Positions 62,891 to 64,000 of a DNA stretch of 64,000 nt are shown here, piece after piece; the stretch's first letter is position 1, and every line of letters starts with the position of its first letter. The position numbers and the translations under genes are program-made. The notes under the pieces are model-generated. The model had not been told where the DNA came from. It did not search any database and saw only the letters and a list, made by a program, of their open reading frames with translations. This DNA comes from Eledone cirrhosa (taxonomy: Eukaryota), in assembly GCA_964016885.1 (NCBI GenBank), contig OZ024755.1:4774001-4838000 (forward strand). Direction: 5' to 3'.

Positions 62891-64000
62891 TTGAAAATAT
62901 TGGTACATAGCAATGTGAATGATAGATAGATTGTTTTGAAAAGAAATAGAACTCTGGTTTTTCTAGTTTAATATATTAGTGTGAGTATTGTGTGAGGGTT
63001 TTGTAAATGGTGTTGTTTTAGAAAACATTTACCTTTTAAGAGGTTTGGGAGTTAGTTACATGCTGAGGTGATGCTTCTGTCATATTTTGTTGGTGTCCAC
63101 AATATATATATATATATATATATATTTCTGTGATAAAAGTACATCATTTGACAGTCATTCAAGCTTTAACTACAAAATAGAAGCCACCACATAACCTTTA
63201 CACTTGCCAAAATTGTTACCAAACCTCCTTCAGTTCATGTTACTCTTTTAGTCATGAGAATTTGTCATAGAATTCACAGTTTTTGTTTTTTATTGTCTTT
63301 CCAGGTTAAAATGTTTTGTATGTTTAGTTGCTATTTTAGGGGCTTTTTTTCTGATATGCATAACTGAACATTTTTAGGGAGTTAAAGTTACTTAAATCTT
63401 TTTGAAGTATAAACGTCTGGTTATCTGTTGCATGTTAACTCTTGGTACAATAATCTTCATTTGCATTGTTTCAATGTCTGTGCTGTGTGCATCAGTGTGT
63501 GTGTAAGGCTGTGTTGTGTGTGTGTGTGTGCATCAGTGTGTGTGTGTAAATCTGGCTGTGTTTAAGGCATCTGTAAACTCATTTATGTTTTGCGTTTTAA
63601 TATAATCATTTTAACATATGTAACAATGTATATTTTCCCTATGTATATTTAAACAACGTATCTTTTCTTTATATTTATTTTAAGATGCATTTGTCCTATA
63701 TTCAACAAATGAGAACAGATTTTTTCTACTTTTTCTTCATGTCTCGTCTCTTTTCTTATCTTAACATTTTATTTTTTTCACTGTCAGAAACTTCAACATA
63801 TTTTTCAAAAAAAATGTTTGAAATATATAGACAATTTTACAGCCTTTCAATGAAGTGACAAACACTTAGAATACTTATTATTTACAGATGACTGTCCCCA
63901 TTATTGAGGGGTTAGTTATGCCTGTTTTCTATTTTTTTATATTATCACAGTTTTCAGTAAAGTGTGAATATGTTATGACATGGCTAAATTTGACAGGCTA

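Overview
This is AT-rich eukaryotic, repeat-dominated, intronic or intergenic DNA. The SINE and LINE repertoire and the very dense microsatellites resemble octopus (coleoid cephalopod) genomes; that assignment is inferred from recall, not from a search. No host protein-coding gene can be supported, and almost all ORF-track hits are translations of microsatellites or minisatellites. Recognisable content: about 20 copies of tRNA-derived SINEs from several families; 5'-truncated LINE remnants of the RTE (several subfamilies), Tx1/L1, CR1 and CRE clades; piggyBac-like TTAA MITEs; a non-autonomous Helitron; Tc1/mariner and hAT remnants; a full-length 5S rRNA pseudogene; and about 20 distinct minisatellites. 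The signals most worth checking are: (1) a complete minimal type-I hammerhead ribozyme fold in a ~290-bp island inside (TA)n arrays, with several degenerate hammerhead-like motifs elsewhere, one at the centre of a fold-back (Penelope-like); (2) many minisatellites traceable to pieces of mobile elements present in the same window; (3) fold-back hairpins; (4) two AG|GTAAG candidate recursive splice sites on the + strand. There is no CRISPR array or prokaryotic system here.
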